Counted from the first letter of the stretch, positions 1 to 8,721 are shown. The stretch is 58,984 nucleotides of DNA from a virus (IMGVR_UViG_3300045741_000116:1-58984), one strand, 5' to 3'. Translations and numbers: made by a program. The notes: a model not told the origin generated them from the sequence alone.

Positions 1-155
1 TTTTTCTCCTTTTTAGGCTTCTGTGCTTCAAACACTTCTGAGTATTCTGGAGATCCAGGATACCTGAGTATGACACGACAGTTCCTACAGATCAAGCCTC
101 CCATCTTTAGGATGGGAGTTGTTATGTGAAAACATTTAGTACACTGAAGCTTCAT
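1..155 (-). CDS. Small Zn-ribbon protein (CxxC...CxxC), truncated at window edge; allele of 57789-57947
   Basis: Manual translation MKLQCTKCFHITTPILKMGGLICRNCRVIL...; ATGA overlap with upstream gene. Confidence 0.6.
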   Translation of the reverse strand, partial: MKLQCTKCFHITTPILKMGGLICRNCRVILRYPGSPEYSEVFEAQKPKKEK

Positions 156-655
156 TTCTCACCTCGGTATTTGGCCAGTGCCGCGCGCGCTATTTCGAAA
201 ATTCGGTTAAGCTCCGGAGCGTGTGAGTGGTACTGAGCTATTTGCTCCAACGCCTCAGCCAGCGCGTCGGCCTGGGCGCGAGCATGCACAAGGTCTTCAA
301 AATCTCGGACATGAATTATGTGATAGTCTAAAGTGTGCTCTCTATATTTAGGTTTTGATTGACTAAGCCGTTCATTTTCAGCCTTCAGCGCGCCAATCGT
401 CGCTTTGTCTTGCTCATATTGCCAGCGAGCGCATTCCATATAACCAATTTCATCGCCATCACTTTCATAATATTCTTGCACGGCTTGCTCATCAAACTCC
501 GGCGCAAGCTCAGCGGCGGCTTTCAAAGCTGCGTCCCAGCCCGCATCAAAAACCTCATCAGGTGTTTCAATGCAGCCCCCGTCTTCTTCACAGGCAAAGG
601 CTCGCCATTTATTCTTCGCTTCATCCCGCTGCTTGTTTAGTTTGTCATTGCTCAT
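152..655 (-). CDS. Hypothetical phage protein with coiled coil (allele A)
   Basis: ORF coupled to neighbours; AGWDAA and LAEALE motifs typical of small phage accessory proteins. Confidence 0.75.
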   Translation of the reverse strand: MSNDKLNKQRDEAKNKWRAFACEEDGGCIETPDEVFDAGWDAALKAAAELAPEFDEQAVQEYYESDGDEIGYMECARWQYEQDKATIGALKAENERLSQSKPKYREHTLDYHIIHVRDFEDLVHARAQADALAEALEQIAQYHSHAPELNRIFEIARAALAKYRGEK

Positions 656-855
656 CGTAACACCTCAGTCTTTTTGATCTTGGGTAAGATCTCACCGCAG
701 TTGTACAGTGTAACTTCTACTTCAGCATCATTACGGTCAAAAGCAGTGAGGCGAAGCTTGTTGCCCTCGCCTGCGTAAATTGTCACTTCTACTTGATTTG
801 TGTTTGCTCGAAACCAGTCAATTGCTTTTTTTAAATCATCTAGGTTGATTTTCAT
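652..855 (-). CDS. Hypothetical protein
   Basis: Identical protein in both terminal copies despite synonymous SNPs, which supports coding. Confidence 0.8.
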   Translation of the reverse strand: MKINLDDLKKAIDWFRANTNQVEVTIYAGEGNKLRLTAFDRNDAEVEVTLYNCGEILPKIKKTEVLR

Positions 856-1352
856 ATTACCTCGTCAATCAAGCCTAGCTCTAAGCACTCTTCAGCAGTT
901 AAGTAGGTTGTCTCGTGGTTCATACCAGCCCAGCTGCGCGCAGTTGTCTTAGTCCTAGCCGCTAGGAGCTCATTCCAGAAGTTCTCGGCTCTGCGCATTT
1001 GCTCTACCTCAGTCTCAAACTTCTTTACGTCTCCTTCGATCTCATTGCTCTCCTCGTGTACCATGATCCAGGCCTCTTTAGTCATAAAGCGCTTGTCACC
1101 GGCTGCTACGATAAGGCTAGCTGCGCTTGAAGCATGCCCGTACACGTACACGTAGATGTCAACAGGGCTTAAACGAATGCGGCTGTAGAAAGCCAAGGCG
1201 GCTTCAGGGATACCGCCTCCAGAACAGATCTCTACATGGATCGGCTTGTCAGACTGGTGCTCAAGCTCGTTCAAACGCTTAGAGAAGTCCTCAAAAGCGC
1301 CCTCGCTGATCTCGCCTATGATCCTGACACAGCGGCTATTTGTGTAGTTCAT
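852..1352 (-). CDS. ClpP-like (S14) serine protease
   Basis: PIHVEICSGGG, ASSAAS (Ser), IMVHE (His), YLTAEECLELGLIDEV motifs. Confidence 0.9.
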   Translation of the reverse strand: MNYTNSRCVRIIGEISEGAFEDFSKRLNELEHQSDKPIHVEICSGGGIPEAALAFYSRIRLSPVDIYVYVYGHASSAASLIVAAGDKRFMTKEAWIMVHEESNEIEGDVKKFETEVEQMRRAENFWNELLAARTKTTARSWAGMNHETTYLTAEECLELGLIDEVI

Positions 1353-1615
1353 TATACTCCGCCCTTCTCTTTCAGTCGCTCCATAACCAGCTTAGTCTTG
1401 TTCTTAAGTGCCTTCTTGGTATCCACGTAGGGGCCTCTTACCAGCATATAAGCGTCTTTAGCCTCAATATACCCAGGCGTTTCTTTAATAAGCTCAGCTT
1501 CTTCCTTCTGGCCTTCGAGCTGTACTACCAAAGACTTTAAAGCCTCAGTGTCCATAGTGTTCAGTGTGTTAAGGAATGCTTGGTCAATGCCGAATGGTAA
1601 TTTTTCGATTTTCAT
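1352..1615 (-). CDS. Hypothetical helical protein
   Basis: AGGAGG RBS; first gene after a sigma70-like promoter. Confidence 0.75.
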   Translation of the reverse strand: MKIEKLPFGIDQAFLNTLNTMDTEALKSLVVQLEGQKEEAELIKETPGYIEAKDAYMLVRGPYVDTKKALKNKTKLVMERLKEKGGV

Positions 1616-1631
1616 ATTTCCTCCTGAAGAT

Positions 1632-1660
1632 ACTCTATCTCAAAAGTTCATATTTTACAA
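1632..1660 (-). promoter_or_regulatory. Sigma70-like promoter TTGTAA-N17-TAGAGT
   Basis: 17-nt spacing, directly upstream of RBS of 1352-1615. Confidence 0.55.
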
Positions 1661-1662
1661 AT

Positions 1663-1704
1663 AAAAAGGCCCTTAGGTAGGAGGGGGGGAGTTACCTAAG
1701 GGCC
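1663..1704 (-). terminator. Rho-independent terminator with C-rich loop
   Basis: GGCCCTTAGGTA / TACCTAAGGGCC stem followed by TTTTT. Confidence 0.75.
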
Positions 1705-1722
1705 AACGGAGGGAAAAACTGT
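1663..1722 (-). ncRNA. Putative ~60-nt small RNA with two CCCUCC anti-SD motifs
   Basis: TTGCAT-N17-CATTCT promoter-like site (~1726-1755), then short non-coding stretch and terminator. Confidence 0.4.
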
Positions 1723-1981
1723 ATTCAGAATGACACATGTTTCAGAGTAATGCAAGTATTTTGTCCAATAAGTTACTGTTTTTGTAACTTTCTGGCTAGA
1801 TCTAAGGCATAATGTCTTAGCACATATATTGCTTGATTTAAAAAAACAACAAAAAAAAGAATTTAAGTAGAAGCCTTAAGGTATTATAACTACGGCAGAG
1901 CGGTTGTGTCAAGACAATACGTAAAAATCTTTTGTATAGAACTTTAGGGCTAGAAGAGCTATATTGAACTCAGGAGGACAT

Positions 1982-2095
1982 ATGAACAAGAAACAAGACC
2001 AAGAAGAAAAATACACAATACTAGGTGTAGCAGTAAAGTTTGTTATGTACTACGTATTCTTTTGGGTAGTATTTAAAATGGTAGGATTGGTATAA
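1982..2095 (+). CDS. 37-aa single-pass membrane protein (not in ORF track)
   Basis: AGGAGG RBS at ~1972; MNKKQDQEEKYTILGVAVKFVMYYVFFWVVFKMVGLV; TAATG overlap with helicase. Confidence 0.7.
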   Translation: MNKKQDQEEKYTILGVAVKFVMYYVFFWVVFKMVGLV

Positions 2096-3399
2096 TGATT
2101 AAGGTCACTATCGATAATAGTTTCAGTAAGATAGAAGGGCTAACAGCCCAGCAGTTTGGGCGTCTTAAACAGTACTTTTCCTATAAGACAGACGCCCAGG
2201 CTGCCTACTTTGCTGGTGGGAATTTCCCACGGGTTAAGTTCCTTATCGATAACCGAGGGTCCTTCCCTACCGGCCTACTAGGTAAGCTAGGGATCTTCCT
2301 GAGATCTGAGAAGCTAGAGGCTACCTACCGCGACACCCGCAAACAGCCTGCTGAAACCCAGGCCCTACCCCTGGAAACCCGACAGAAACCCTACCCAGCT
2401 CAATCTGAGGCTGTACATAACGCCATGCTCAACGGGCGCGGCACGATTTCTATGCCGACAGGTACAGGAAAGAGCTTCGTAATAGCGCTAATCGCTTCTC
2501 AGTTCAACGTGCGTACCTTGGTGGTAGTACCTAACCTAGAGATCAAGAAACAGCTCCAGAAGGACCTTTACGGCGTTTTAAACGGGAATTGTAAGGTGAC
2601 TGTCGAGAACATTGATTCTAAGGCCCTCCAGACCGCCAAAGACTTCGACTGCCTGATTATTGATGAAGCCCACCATGTGGCCGCCAAAACCTACCAGAAG
2701 CTCAATAAGAGCGTTTGGACGGGGATTTACTACCGGTTCTTTATGACCGCCACCCCTTTCCGTAACAACCGGGAAGAAAATCTCCTGTTTGAGGGCATTG
2801 CTGGAGACATCATCTATAACCTAACCTATAAGCGAGCTATAAGAGAAGGTTATATCGTACCTGTAGAGGCCTATTACCTGGAACTCCCAAAACAGAAGAC
2901 AGACGCTTATACTTGGGCTCAGGTTTACAGTGAACTTGTGGTCAACCACACGGCTCGGAACGAATACATAGCCCTATTGCTGTCCCGCCTTCGAAAGGCC
3001 AAGACCCTCTGCCTGGTAAAAGAGATCAAGCACGGCGAAGCTATATCGGAACTTACTAACATTCCTTTCGTGCACGGCCAGGACGACGACTCCAGAGCCT
3101 ACATCCAAATGTTTAATGAAGGGGAGTTGAAAGCCATTATCGGGACCACAGGCATCTTGGGCGAAGGCGTAGACACAAAACCTTGTGAGTACGTAATTAT
3201 AGCTGGGCTAGGAAAGGCTAAGTCGGCTTTCATGCAGCAAGTCGGCAGAGCAGTTAGGAAGTACGCCGGGAAAGAATCGGCTAAAATAATCCTTTTTAAG
3301 GACCCTAGCCATAAATTTACCTTGCGCCACTTCCGGGAGCAGTGTACTATCCTGAGAGACGAGTATGGAGTAACCCCTATTAAACTGGAGATAGAATGA
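2095..3399 (+). CDS. Superfamily 2 DExH helicase (UvsW/ResIII-like)
   Basis: PTGTGKS, DEAHH, TATP, GEGVD, QQVGRAVR motifs. Confidence 0.92.
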   Translation: MIKVTIDNSFSKIEGLTAQQFGRLKQYFSYKTDAQAAYFAGGNFPRVKFLIDNRGSFPTGLLGKLGIFLRSEKLEATYRDTRKQPAETQALPLETRQKPYPAQSEAVHNAMLNGRGTISMPTGTGKSFVIALIASQFNVRTLVVVPNLEIKKQLQKDLYGVLNGNCKVTVENIDSKALQTAKDFDCLIIDEAHHVAAKTYQKLNKSVWTGIYYRFFMTATPFRNNREENLLFEGIAGDIIYNLTYKRAIREGYIVPVEAYYLELPKQKTDAYTWAQVYSELVVNHTARNEYIALLLSRLRKAKTLCLVKEIKHGEAISELTNIPFVHGQDDDSRAYIQMFNEGELKAIIGTTGILGEGVDTKPCEYVIIAGLGKAKSAFMQQVGRAVRKYAGKESAKIILFKDPSHKFTLRHFREQCTILRDEYGVTPIKLEIE

Positions 3400-4139
3400 A
3401 AGCTATTAAGTTTGTCCTCGGAGTATGCGCAGTCGTAACCCTGATTTCAGTGGTTAACATCTTTCTTGGCATTATCGCCGTTAAAACTGCCATCCCGGCA
3501 ATGATTGAGACTAATGGAGACCTTCCGGCGTTCTCTAAAATCCAGGATTACTCGGTTAAGACGTTTGACGCAGCTGTTCGCTTAGAGTCTCCGACCCACG
3601 GCTTTTTTTGTTCCGGTGCCGTTATCAGCGACGATTACGTATTGACTGCTGCGCACTGCCTTATCAATCTGGACCCCTTGCACGGGCACGTAGGCATCCG
3701 CAAGACACCAATTAACGTAGTAGGCATTGCTTTGGCCGACAACCATAAGGAAGCTACCAAGGCTTTTGCAGCTGCGGTTAACAACCGAGCAGATTACGCC
3801 TTGGTTAAAGGAAACTTCAAGGATTTCACCAAGGTACAGATTGTTACTAACCCAAATGACCTTATCCCAGCGCTTTCAATCTCGTCTGCGGTCATGACTT
3901 GCGGCTTCCCTTGGGGTGCGAACTTCGCATGTTACCCGGTAGGACGCCTTGAGGTCTTCTTTGAGCATTTGTCTGGTCCTGGCCTGATGTACCCAGGTAT
4001 GTCTGGGGGCCCTGTCGTAGGAACGACTCCAATTGGACCGTTGGTAGTGGCTGTAAACACAGCTGTTGGGTCTGGTTTTGTAGTTGTCTCAACTCTGGTC
4101 GGTTTATTCGAAACTCTTGGAGTTGAAGTAATCGAGTGA
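3396..4139 (+). CDS. Membrane-anchored trypsin-like (S1) serine protease
   Basis: N-terminal hydrophobic helix; CSGAVI, LTAAHC, DYAL, GMSGGP catalytic motifs. Confidence 0.88.
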   Translation: MKAIKFVLGVCAVVTLISVVNIFLGIIAVKTAIPAMIETNGDLPAFSKIQDYSVKTFDAAVRLESPTHGFFCSGAVISDDYVLTAAHCLINLDPLHGHVGIRKTPINVVGIALADNHKEATKAFAAAVNNRADYALVKGNFKDFTKVQIVTNPNDLIPALSISSAVMTCGFPWGANFACYPVGRLEVFFEHLSGPGLMYPGMSGGPVVGTTPIGPLVVAVNTAVGSGFVVVSTLVGLFETLGVEVIE

Positions 4140-4161
4140 TATAGTTATTAAAGGAGGGATT

Positions 4162-4440
4162 ATGAGAAAGTATAGAAACGACGTTATCAAAGGAATGAGT
4201 GTGCTGGCGATTATGCTGGCCTCTTACGTGTCTGAGGGCGCGATAGTCTACGCTAACATGACTGACGAGGTTGAGCTGACTTGTGGGCTTTTCTGGCAAG
4301 GACAGCTGGTTAGTGGGGACAACACGGTTTACGCATGTATGACCTACATGTCTGACTGTATGAAGCGCACCAATGACATCAAGTTCTGCAATAAGTACTA
4401 TAACGCTAACAAAGCCGATATCACTAAGGGGGCAGAATGA
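4162..4440 (+). CDS. Hypothetical secreted/Cys-rich protein
   Basis: GGAGG RBS, hydrophobic N-terminus, 4 Cys. Confidence 0.65.
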   Translation: MRKYRNDVIKGMSVLAIMLASYVSEGAIVYANMTDEVELTCGLFWQGQLVSGDNTVYACMTYMSDCMKRTNDIKFCNKYYNANKADITKGAE

Positions 4441-4652
4441 CTCCCGAAGTACTTGCCAGCCTAATCATCAAGTTCTGTAGCATTAAAGAGCAGAAAGAAA
4501 TCTTTGAGACACCTGAAAAGACGGCCTGCGTCTTTTTTCTTATGAACTGCTCCGTAGACAAGAACGGTGTTATCCGAGACACACAGTTCGAGTCTTGCAA
4601 GGGCGCTTTTCTCAAGAACAAGACTAAGATCATTAAAGAGTACGGGGGATGA
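4437..4652 (+). CDS. Hypothetical protein
   Basis: ATGA-coupled ORF in plus-strand operon. Confidence 0.6.
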   Translation: MTPEVLASLIIKFCSIKEQKEIFETPEKTACVFFLMNCSVDKNGVIRDTQFESCKGAFLKNKTKIIKEYGG

Positions 4653-4653
4653 T

Positions 4654-4902
4654 ATGCCAGACATTTCGATGTGTAGCAGCGGCAAGTGCCCTATGCGAGG
4701 GGTTTGTTACCGCAAAACGGCGAAACCTTCTTCGTACCAGACATATTTTGCAGCGCCCCCTGGTGATGAAAAGGGCAATTGTGATCATTTTTGGCCTAAC
4801 AATGAGCAGATTTACGTCAAATATGACGCCTTTGATAATAGCTTCTACCTGAGTCCGGAAGACTGGGAAGACGGAACCGTGGTAAATCTGGGGGAGTTAT
4901 GA
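4654..4902 (+). CDS. Hypothetical Cys-rich protein (MPDISMC...CP...CYR)
   Basis: Start moved to ATG 4654; Cys pattern common in small phage proteins. Confidence 0.65.
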   Translation: MPDISMCSSGKCPMRGVCYRKTAKPSSYQTYFAAPPGDEKGNCDHFWPNNEQIYVKYDAFDNSFYLSPEDWEDGTVVNLGEL

Positions 4903-5135
4903 TTCTGGTTAAACACCCCAGTATGCAGGATGTAGCCGCTCACGTTCTCTGTGAGTCTATAATCCCTGCTCCAGGCGAAGACTGGGTTCACTTAACGGTT
5001 ATCTGGTACAACATCCATGGGCATAAGCATTACGGGACCCCGCCTTTTATGATTGACGATGAGGCCCAACTGCTTAAGATGCCTACCAGCCAGTACAAAC
5101 AGTGGGTTCCTTACGTGGTGAACCATGACTCCTAA
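4899..5135 (+). CDS. Hypothetical protein
   Basis: Coupled ORF with GGAG RBS. Confidence 0.6.
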   Translation: MILVKHPSMQDVAAHVLCESIIPAPGEDWVHLTVIWYNIHGHKHYGTPPFMIDDEAQLLKMPTSQYKQWVPYVVNHDS

Positions 5136-5340
5136 GCAGAAGGCCTGTAGCCATGTATATTTCGCCCCAGACTACGTGTGTGTCGATTGTGGACACAAAA
5201 TGGACTGGGATGAGATGTCTGAGCCTGAGCAACTAAATCTGTTTGACTTTCATCCCTATAAATGCGAATGTGGAGTCGACAGTGTTGGTGAGGGCATCCA
5301 CAGCGACTGGTGTCCTAAATATGTCCCAATTAGGAGGTAG
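5125..5340 (+). CDS. Small Cys/His Zn-binding protein
   Basis: CxH, CxxC, CECG...HSDWCP motifs. Confidence 0.65.
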   Translation: MTPKQKACSHVYFAPDYVCVDCGHKMDWDEMSEPEQLNLFDFHPYKCECGVDSVGEGIHSDWCPKYVPIRR

Positions 5341-5341
5341 C

Positions 5342-6109
5342 ATGTCCCAATTAGAAGCTCAGTTAGGTTTGCAATTTCTTCAAAGTCTTCCTAATTATCT
5401 ATCTCCTACAGGCATCCTTTGCCAAAAGGATGGGGATACCGGCGACAGCGCTCAGCGCATGGGTACTGTCCACACGCTTTTGTCACTTATAAATGACCCT
5501 GCACTCACTCTAATGGCCCATGCTACTTACGGCCTAGGGTTTCCCCGTCAGTTAGAGACATCCTGGGGTAAGTACGCGCGGTCCGATAAGGCTGGTTACT
5601 GGGGCTCTGACCCCAGGTGTACCAGTAGGGACCAGCTGTCGATTATTAAGATGGCATTAAGCCCTAAAGAACTCCTGGCTGTGTTTGTACGCCAGACCCT
5701 GCGCCTTAGCTTTCACCAGAATTACTATGAGCCGGATGAGAAGCGGTACCACATCCCAGACCCGCCTATCCTCCAGGAGCTTTCAGTGTATGCTAGGGGC
5801 CTTCTGGGACCCTTGTCGTACTTGGTCACTTGGTTTACGGACATTGGCTATGGTTTGGATATGCTGCTCAGGAGTAGCACTTTTCTAAATATTTGGAGCG
5901 CGGATAACATGCTGGCTCTAGGCCTTTTACAAGCCTGCCATAAGTACCCGAGCCCTACGGCTAAGCTACTTATGTATCTCTACAAGAAAACTGACTTCAT
6001 GAAACGACTGGAGCTTTACCATGGAATTTCTAATGGGAATAATGGCTGCCTACCTTTACTTTACCTATATAAGCTGGCGTTCCTCAAACTCGAGGGCTAT
6101 GAAGGCTAA
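5342..6109 (+). CDS. Hypothetical helical protein
   Basis: AGGAGGT RBS before ATG 5342 (start corrected from 5243); 255-aa ORF. Confidence 0.75.
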   Translation: MSQLEAQLGLQFLQSLPNYLSPTGILCQKDGDTGDSAQRMGTVHTLLSLINDPALTLMAHATYGLGFPRQLETSWGKYARSDKAGYWGSDPRCTSRDQLSIIKMALSPKELLAVFVRQTLRLSFHQNYYEPDEKRYHIPDPPILQELSVYARGLLGPLSYLVTWFTDIGYGLDMLLRSSTFLNIWSADNMLALGLLQACHKYPSPTAKLLMYLYKKTDFMKRLELYHGISNGNNGCLPLLYLYKLAFLKLEGYEG

Positions 6110-6221
6110 GTGGAAAGGTCCAAGGCTTTACAAGGACGAAAAAGAACTGTTCCACGGATATATAGACGGCGACGTGACAGAAGATCAAGTAGACTTACAA
6201 GGTCGAAGGAAAATGAAATGA
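6099..6221 (+). CDS. Small hypothetical protein
   Basis: GAGG RBS; fills gap in tightly packed operon. Confidence 0.45.
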   Translation: MKAKWKGPRLYKDEKELFHGYIDGDVTEDQVDLQGRRKMK

Positions 6222-6304
6222 TCTCGCCGTACTGGGTTATCGGATTAGCAGCTGTATTCTTAATTTATTGGCTTTTTGTACCTAACGGGAGGATCGGAAA
6301 ATAA
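6218..6304 (+). CDS. Small membrane peptide
   Basis: MISPYWVIGLAAVFLIYWLFVPNGRIGK; AAGGA RBS; coupled to neighbours. Confidence 0.5.
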   Translation: MISPYWVIGLAAVFLIYWLFVPNGRIGK

Positions 6305-6516
6305 TGGAAAAGACTAAAAATTCATCACTAAGCAACATGTGCGACTCAGAAGCTGCTGACATTGTAGCTATCGAAGAGTTTTTTGAGTTGTACAAAAACC
6401 AAGCTCAAGAAGTCCGCACTACTATGTTCAATATCATGCGCTCAGAGCCGGGCATTAACGCTAGGCTTTTGATGGCGCACGTAACACTTTTAATCAGGAG
6501 GAAAAATGGGCTGTGA
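6304..6516 (+). CDS. Hypothetical protein
   Basis: GGAGG RBS, TAATG coupling. Confidence 0.6.
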   Translation: MEKTKNSSLSNMCDSEAADIVAIEEFFELYKNQAQEVRTTMFNIMRSEPGINARLLMAHVTLLIRRKNGL

Positions 6517-7003
6517 TCATAAATGGTCAATGTACGAAGGTTTCACCGAGTCTTACGAACACTGTGCTTTATGTGGAATGAAGAAACAAAATTGGGACGG
6601 AAAAGCTGCGTTTATTGAAGCTACTAAAATTAACATGGAACACGCGCTAGATGCCATAAAATATCAAACCGGTACGGGAGTACTTACTGCGCGTAAAGGG
6701 TACGTATCTGTCCCTACAACAGGACTGGGCAGCGGCGGAGCTAATGGAAGTGCTGGGGCGGGAGTAGGCACTAATTTTCATACAAAATTAGTTAATATTT
6801 TTGAAGCGGCGGATAAACACTACGGTTGGCCAGATAGTTGTATTTTATCCAACAAGGACTACCTGTCCTTAGAGAATGAATTGAACCTTCCGGCGGGAAA
6901 GTACATAATATATTGCAATGTTAAAATTTATCCAGACAGGTACATCTGTCCAGGGGAAGGATATCTGGTTGTCGGCAATCATGTAATGGAAATCAGGGTT
7001 TAA
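6506..7003 (+). CDS. Hypothetical protein with N-terminal CxH...CxxC
   Basis: AGGAGG RBS; last gene of plus-strand block, converges on endolysin. Confidence 0.65.
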   Translation: MGCDHKWSMYEGFTESYEHCALCGMKKQNWDGKAAFIEATKINMEHALDAIKYQTGTGVLTARKGYVSVPTTGLGSGGANGSAGAGVGTNFHTKLVNIFEAADKHYGWPDSCILSNKDYLSLENELNLPAGKYIIYCNVKIYPDRYICPGEGYLVVGNHVMEIRV

Positions 7004-7391
7004 AGAATCTGTTGCCGCTTCCGGGAGGGTAGATTTGAAAGTGGACTCTGGGAGTTGAAGGGTCATCTTCGCACCAGAGTTCAGTTTTTTCCAGCAAAGG
7101 CACATTGTCCCTGCACCATTGCATCAAACTGCCGTCAGTGTCTAGAATATCTACAGCAGCGCCTTTTAGATGCGCACTCCCCATAGGAATCTTGTTGTCA
7201 GGAATGCCTTTAGCCCTATAGATTCTGAGCTGGTCCTGAGGGTCGCGGAAGCCACTGGTGACAGTCATGGGCTTGCCCCAGGCTTCCCTAATGACGTTTA
7301 TCCGCTTCAGCAATTCGTCTAGGTTCAGCTGAGCCGAGTGCTCAATATCGGCTATAGTCCTGCCACCTAGGAGTTCTTTCATGGCTATCAT
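6993..7391 (-). CDS. Endolysin, peptidase M15 family (Zn D-Ala-D-Ala peptidase fold)
   Basis: VTSGFR, SAHLKGAAVDI, VHFQ motifs; next to holin-like genes. Confidence 0.85.
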   Translation of the reverse strand: MIAMKELLGGRTIADIEHSAQLNLDELLKRINVIREAWGKPMTVTSGFRDPQDQLRIYRAKGIPDNKIPMGSAHLKGAAVDILDTDGSLMQWCRDNVPLLEKTELWCEDDPSTPRVHFQIYPPGSGNRFFKP

Positions 7392-7612
7392 TCTTTTGGC
7401 TCCTTATTTTCGGCAAACTTCTGGCTAACCTTACCGCCAAAGCCGGCGCCTAAAAATACCCCGCATAAGATGCTGAGGGCGTCTAGGGGCTGTCCTTTGC
7501 TAATGCCGTAGACAGCTAGGCCTGTAGCTGAAAGTACGCTAAAAAGGCTCATTACGCGCATTGACGATATATCGGACTTCTCGGATATGAGTTTTAAAAG
7601 AAAATCTTTCAT
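7388..7612 (-). CDS. Putative holin (2 TM helices)
   Basis: Two hydrophobic segments, charged C-terminus, directly upstream of endolysin. Confidence 0.65.
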   Translation of the reverse strand: MKDFLLKLISEKSDISSMRVMSLFSVLSATGLAVYGISKGQPLDALSILCGVFLGAGFGGKVSQKFAENKEPKE

Positions 7613-7827
7613 TTGTGAAAAGCTCCTATTGCAGCTGCGATAGCTATTAAAGCCATGATGAGCTTGAAAGCGCCCTCAACCTTAGCTACATGCACCTTGA
7701 TGGGATGTAAGTCTGACTCAAGTAGCTCTGTCCGCCTGATGTGCTCTTTCAGGGTTATATGCTGCTCAGCTAGAGTCGTTTTTATCTCGCTGATGTCTTC
7801 TGCAATTTTATCCAATTTCTTCTCCAT
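7609..7827 (-). CDS. Coiled-coil plus C-terminal TM protein (XhlA-like holin/accessory lysis)
   Basis: Heptad repeats then LIMALIAIAAAIGAF; lysis cassette position. Confidence 0.55.
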   Translation of the reverse strand: MEKKLDKIAEDISEIKTTLAEQHITLKEHIRRTELLESDLHPIKVHVAKVEGAFKLIMALIAIAAAIGAFHK

Positions 7828-7828
7828 T

Positions 7829-8299
7829 TTACACCGCTGAAAGCGCCTCCATTATGTCCTTAGGGGTAAGTAAGTATTGTGGTTTATTGAACTTATAACC
7901 TAAATCTGTGAGTAGCTCGCCGACAAGCTCTGAGCAAATATAACCTGGCTGGTCCTCCGTCTTAATACGACCCTTGGTAATATCACAGAGGAATATCTGT
8001 AGTAATTCCAGTTTAGAATATGGAATACCGGCTAGGTCAATACAGGTTTGGCTAAGCTTCTTGAACTGCTCGTCTGTAAGTTCCAGCTTTACCCGGTGGG
8101 TAATCTCGTCGTCTATAAAAAAATTGGTCAGAGACTTGAAATGTACCATCCCGTGGGCAGCGTGGTACACAATAGTTCTTTCCTGAGTGTGTAAATCCCA
8201 TGAAACAAACACGTGGGAGTAGTCTGTACCCATCCACCACTGGAGAAGCCTAGAACCTATCTTGCAGTTATTGCGGGAAGCGCCTATAGTGATGGTCAT
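7829..8299 (-). CDS. Permuted papain-like NlpC/P60 (YiiX-like) enzyme
   Basis: YSHV (His) precedes GIPYS and YICSELV (Cys); LLTPKD ending. Confidence 0.8.
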   Translation of the reverse strand: MTITIGASRNNCKIGSRLLQWWMGTDYSHVFVSWDLHTQERTIVYHAAHGMVHFKSLTNFFIDDEITHRVKLELTDEQFKKLSQTCIDLAGIPYSKLELLQIFLCDITKGRIKTEDQPGYICSELVGELLTDLGYKFNKPQYLLTPKDIMEALSAV

Positions 8300-8721
8300 A
8301 GAGTACCTGCGAACCTCCACAGGCTGTCTAGCTGGTCTTCAGTCCAGCCTAAAGCTGCTGCTACCTGGCTAACGAGGGGTCTGTTACGTTCAAAGGCCAA
8401 GGAATACTCCCACTCAATAGTAGCCAAAGTCTTAATAGGCTCAGGAAGAGTGTCGAAGGCAGGTTGAATCTGGTCATAAACACCCATAAGAACCAGGGCT
8501 TGGCGCATTTGTCGAGGAGTCACGCTGTGCGGCACCGCGTTCGGGTCTGGAGGAGCAGTAAAAGTACCGTTCACGTAGCTCCAGCCTATACCTGGAGTAG
8601 GGTCTAGGAGGTCAATACGAACAATATCATCAAAACCGTCTAGGAACAAAGGCACCAAGGTAATATCTTGAAGATCTATAATGTTCACAATTTTTTGATC
8701 TTTGATCTGGGCGTAGATCAT
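8296..8721 (-). CDS. Tail-fibre-associated/assembly protein
   Basis: PGIGWSYVNGTFTAP and VTPRQMRQAL...WEYS...LDSLW motifs typical of genes following fibres. Confidence 0.65.
   Translation of the reverse strand: MIYAQIKDQKIVNIIDLQDITLVPLFLDGFDDIVRIDLLDPTPGIGWSYVNGTFTAPPDPNAVPHSVTPRQMRQALVLMGVYDQIQPAFDTLPEPIKTLATIEWEYSLAFERNRPLVSQVAAALGWTEDQLDSLWRFAGTL

Larger units (their letters stand above)
1..1198. repeat. Imperfect terminal direct repeat, left copy (matches 57793-58984)
   Basis: Same four ORFs in the same order; 1072-1198 identical to 58858-58984; the rest diverges by SNPs and block substitutions. Confidence 0.95.

Noticed and set aside
1-1198. Diversity-generating retroelement template/variable repeat pair
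   Set aside because: No reverse transcriptase; differences are not adenine-specific and include synonymous SNPs and block swaps
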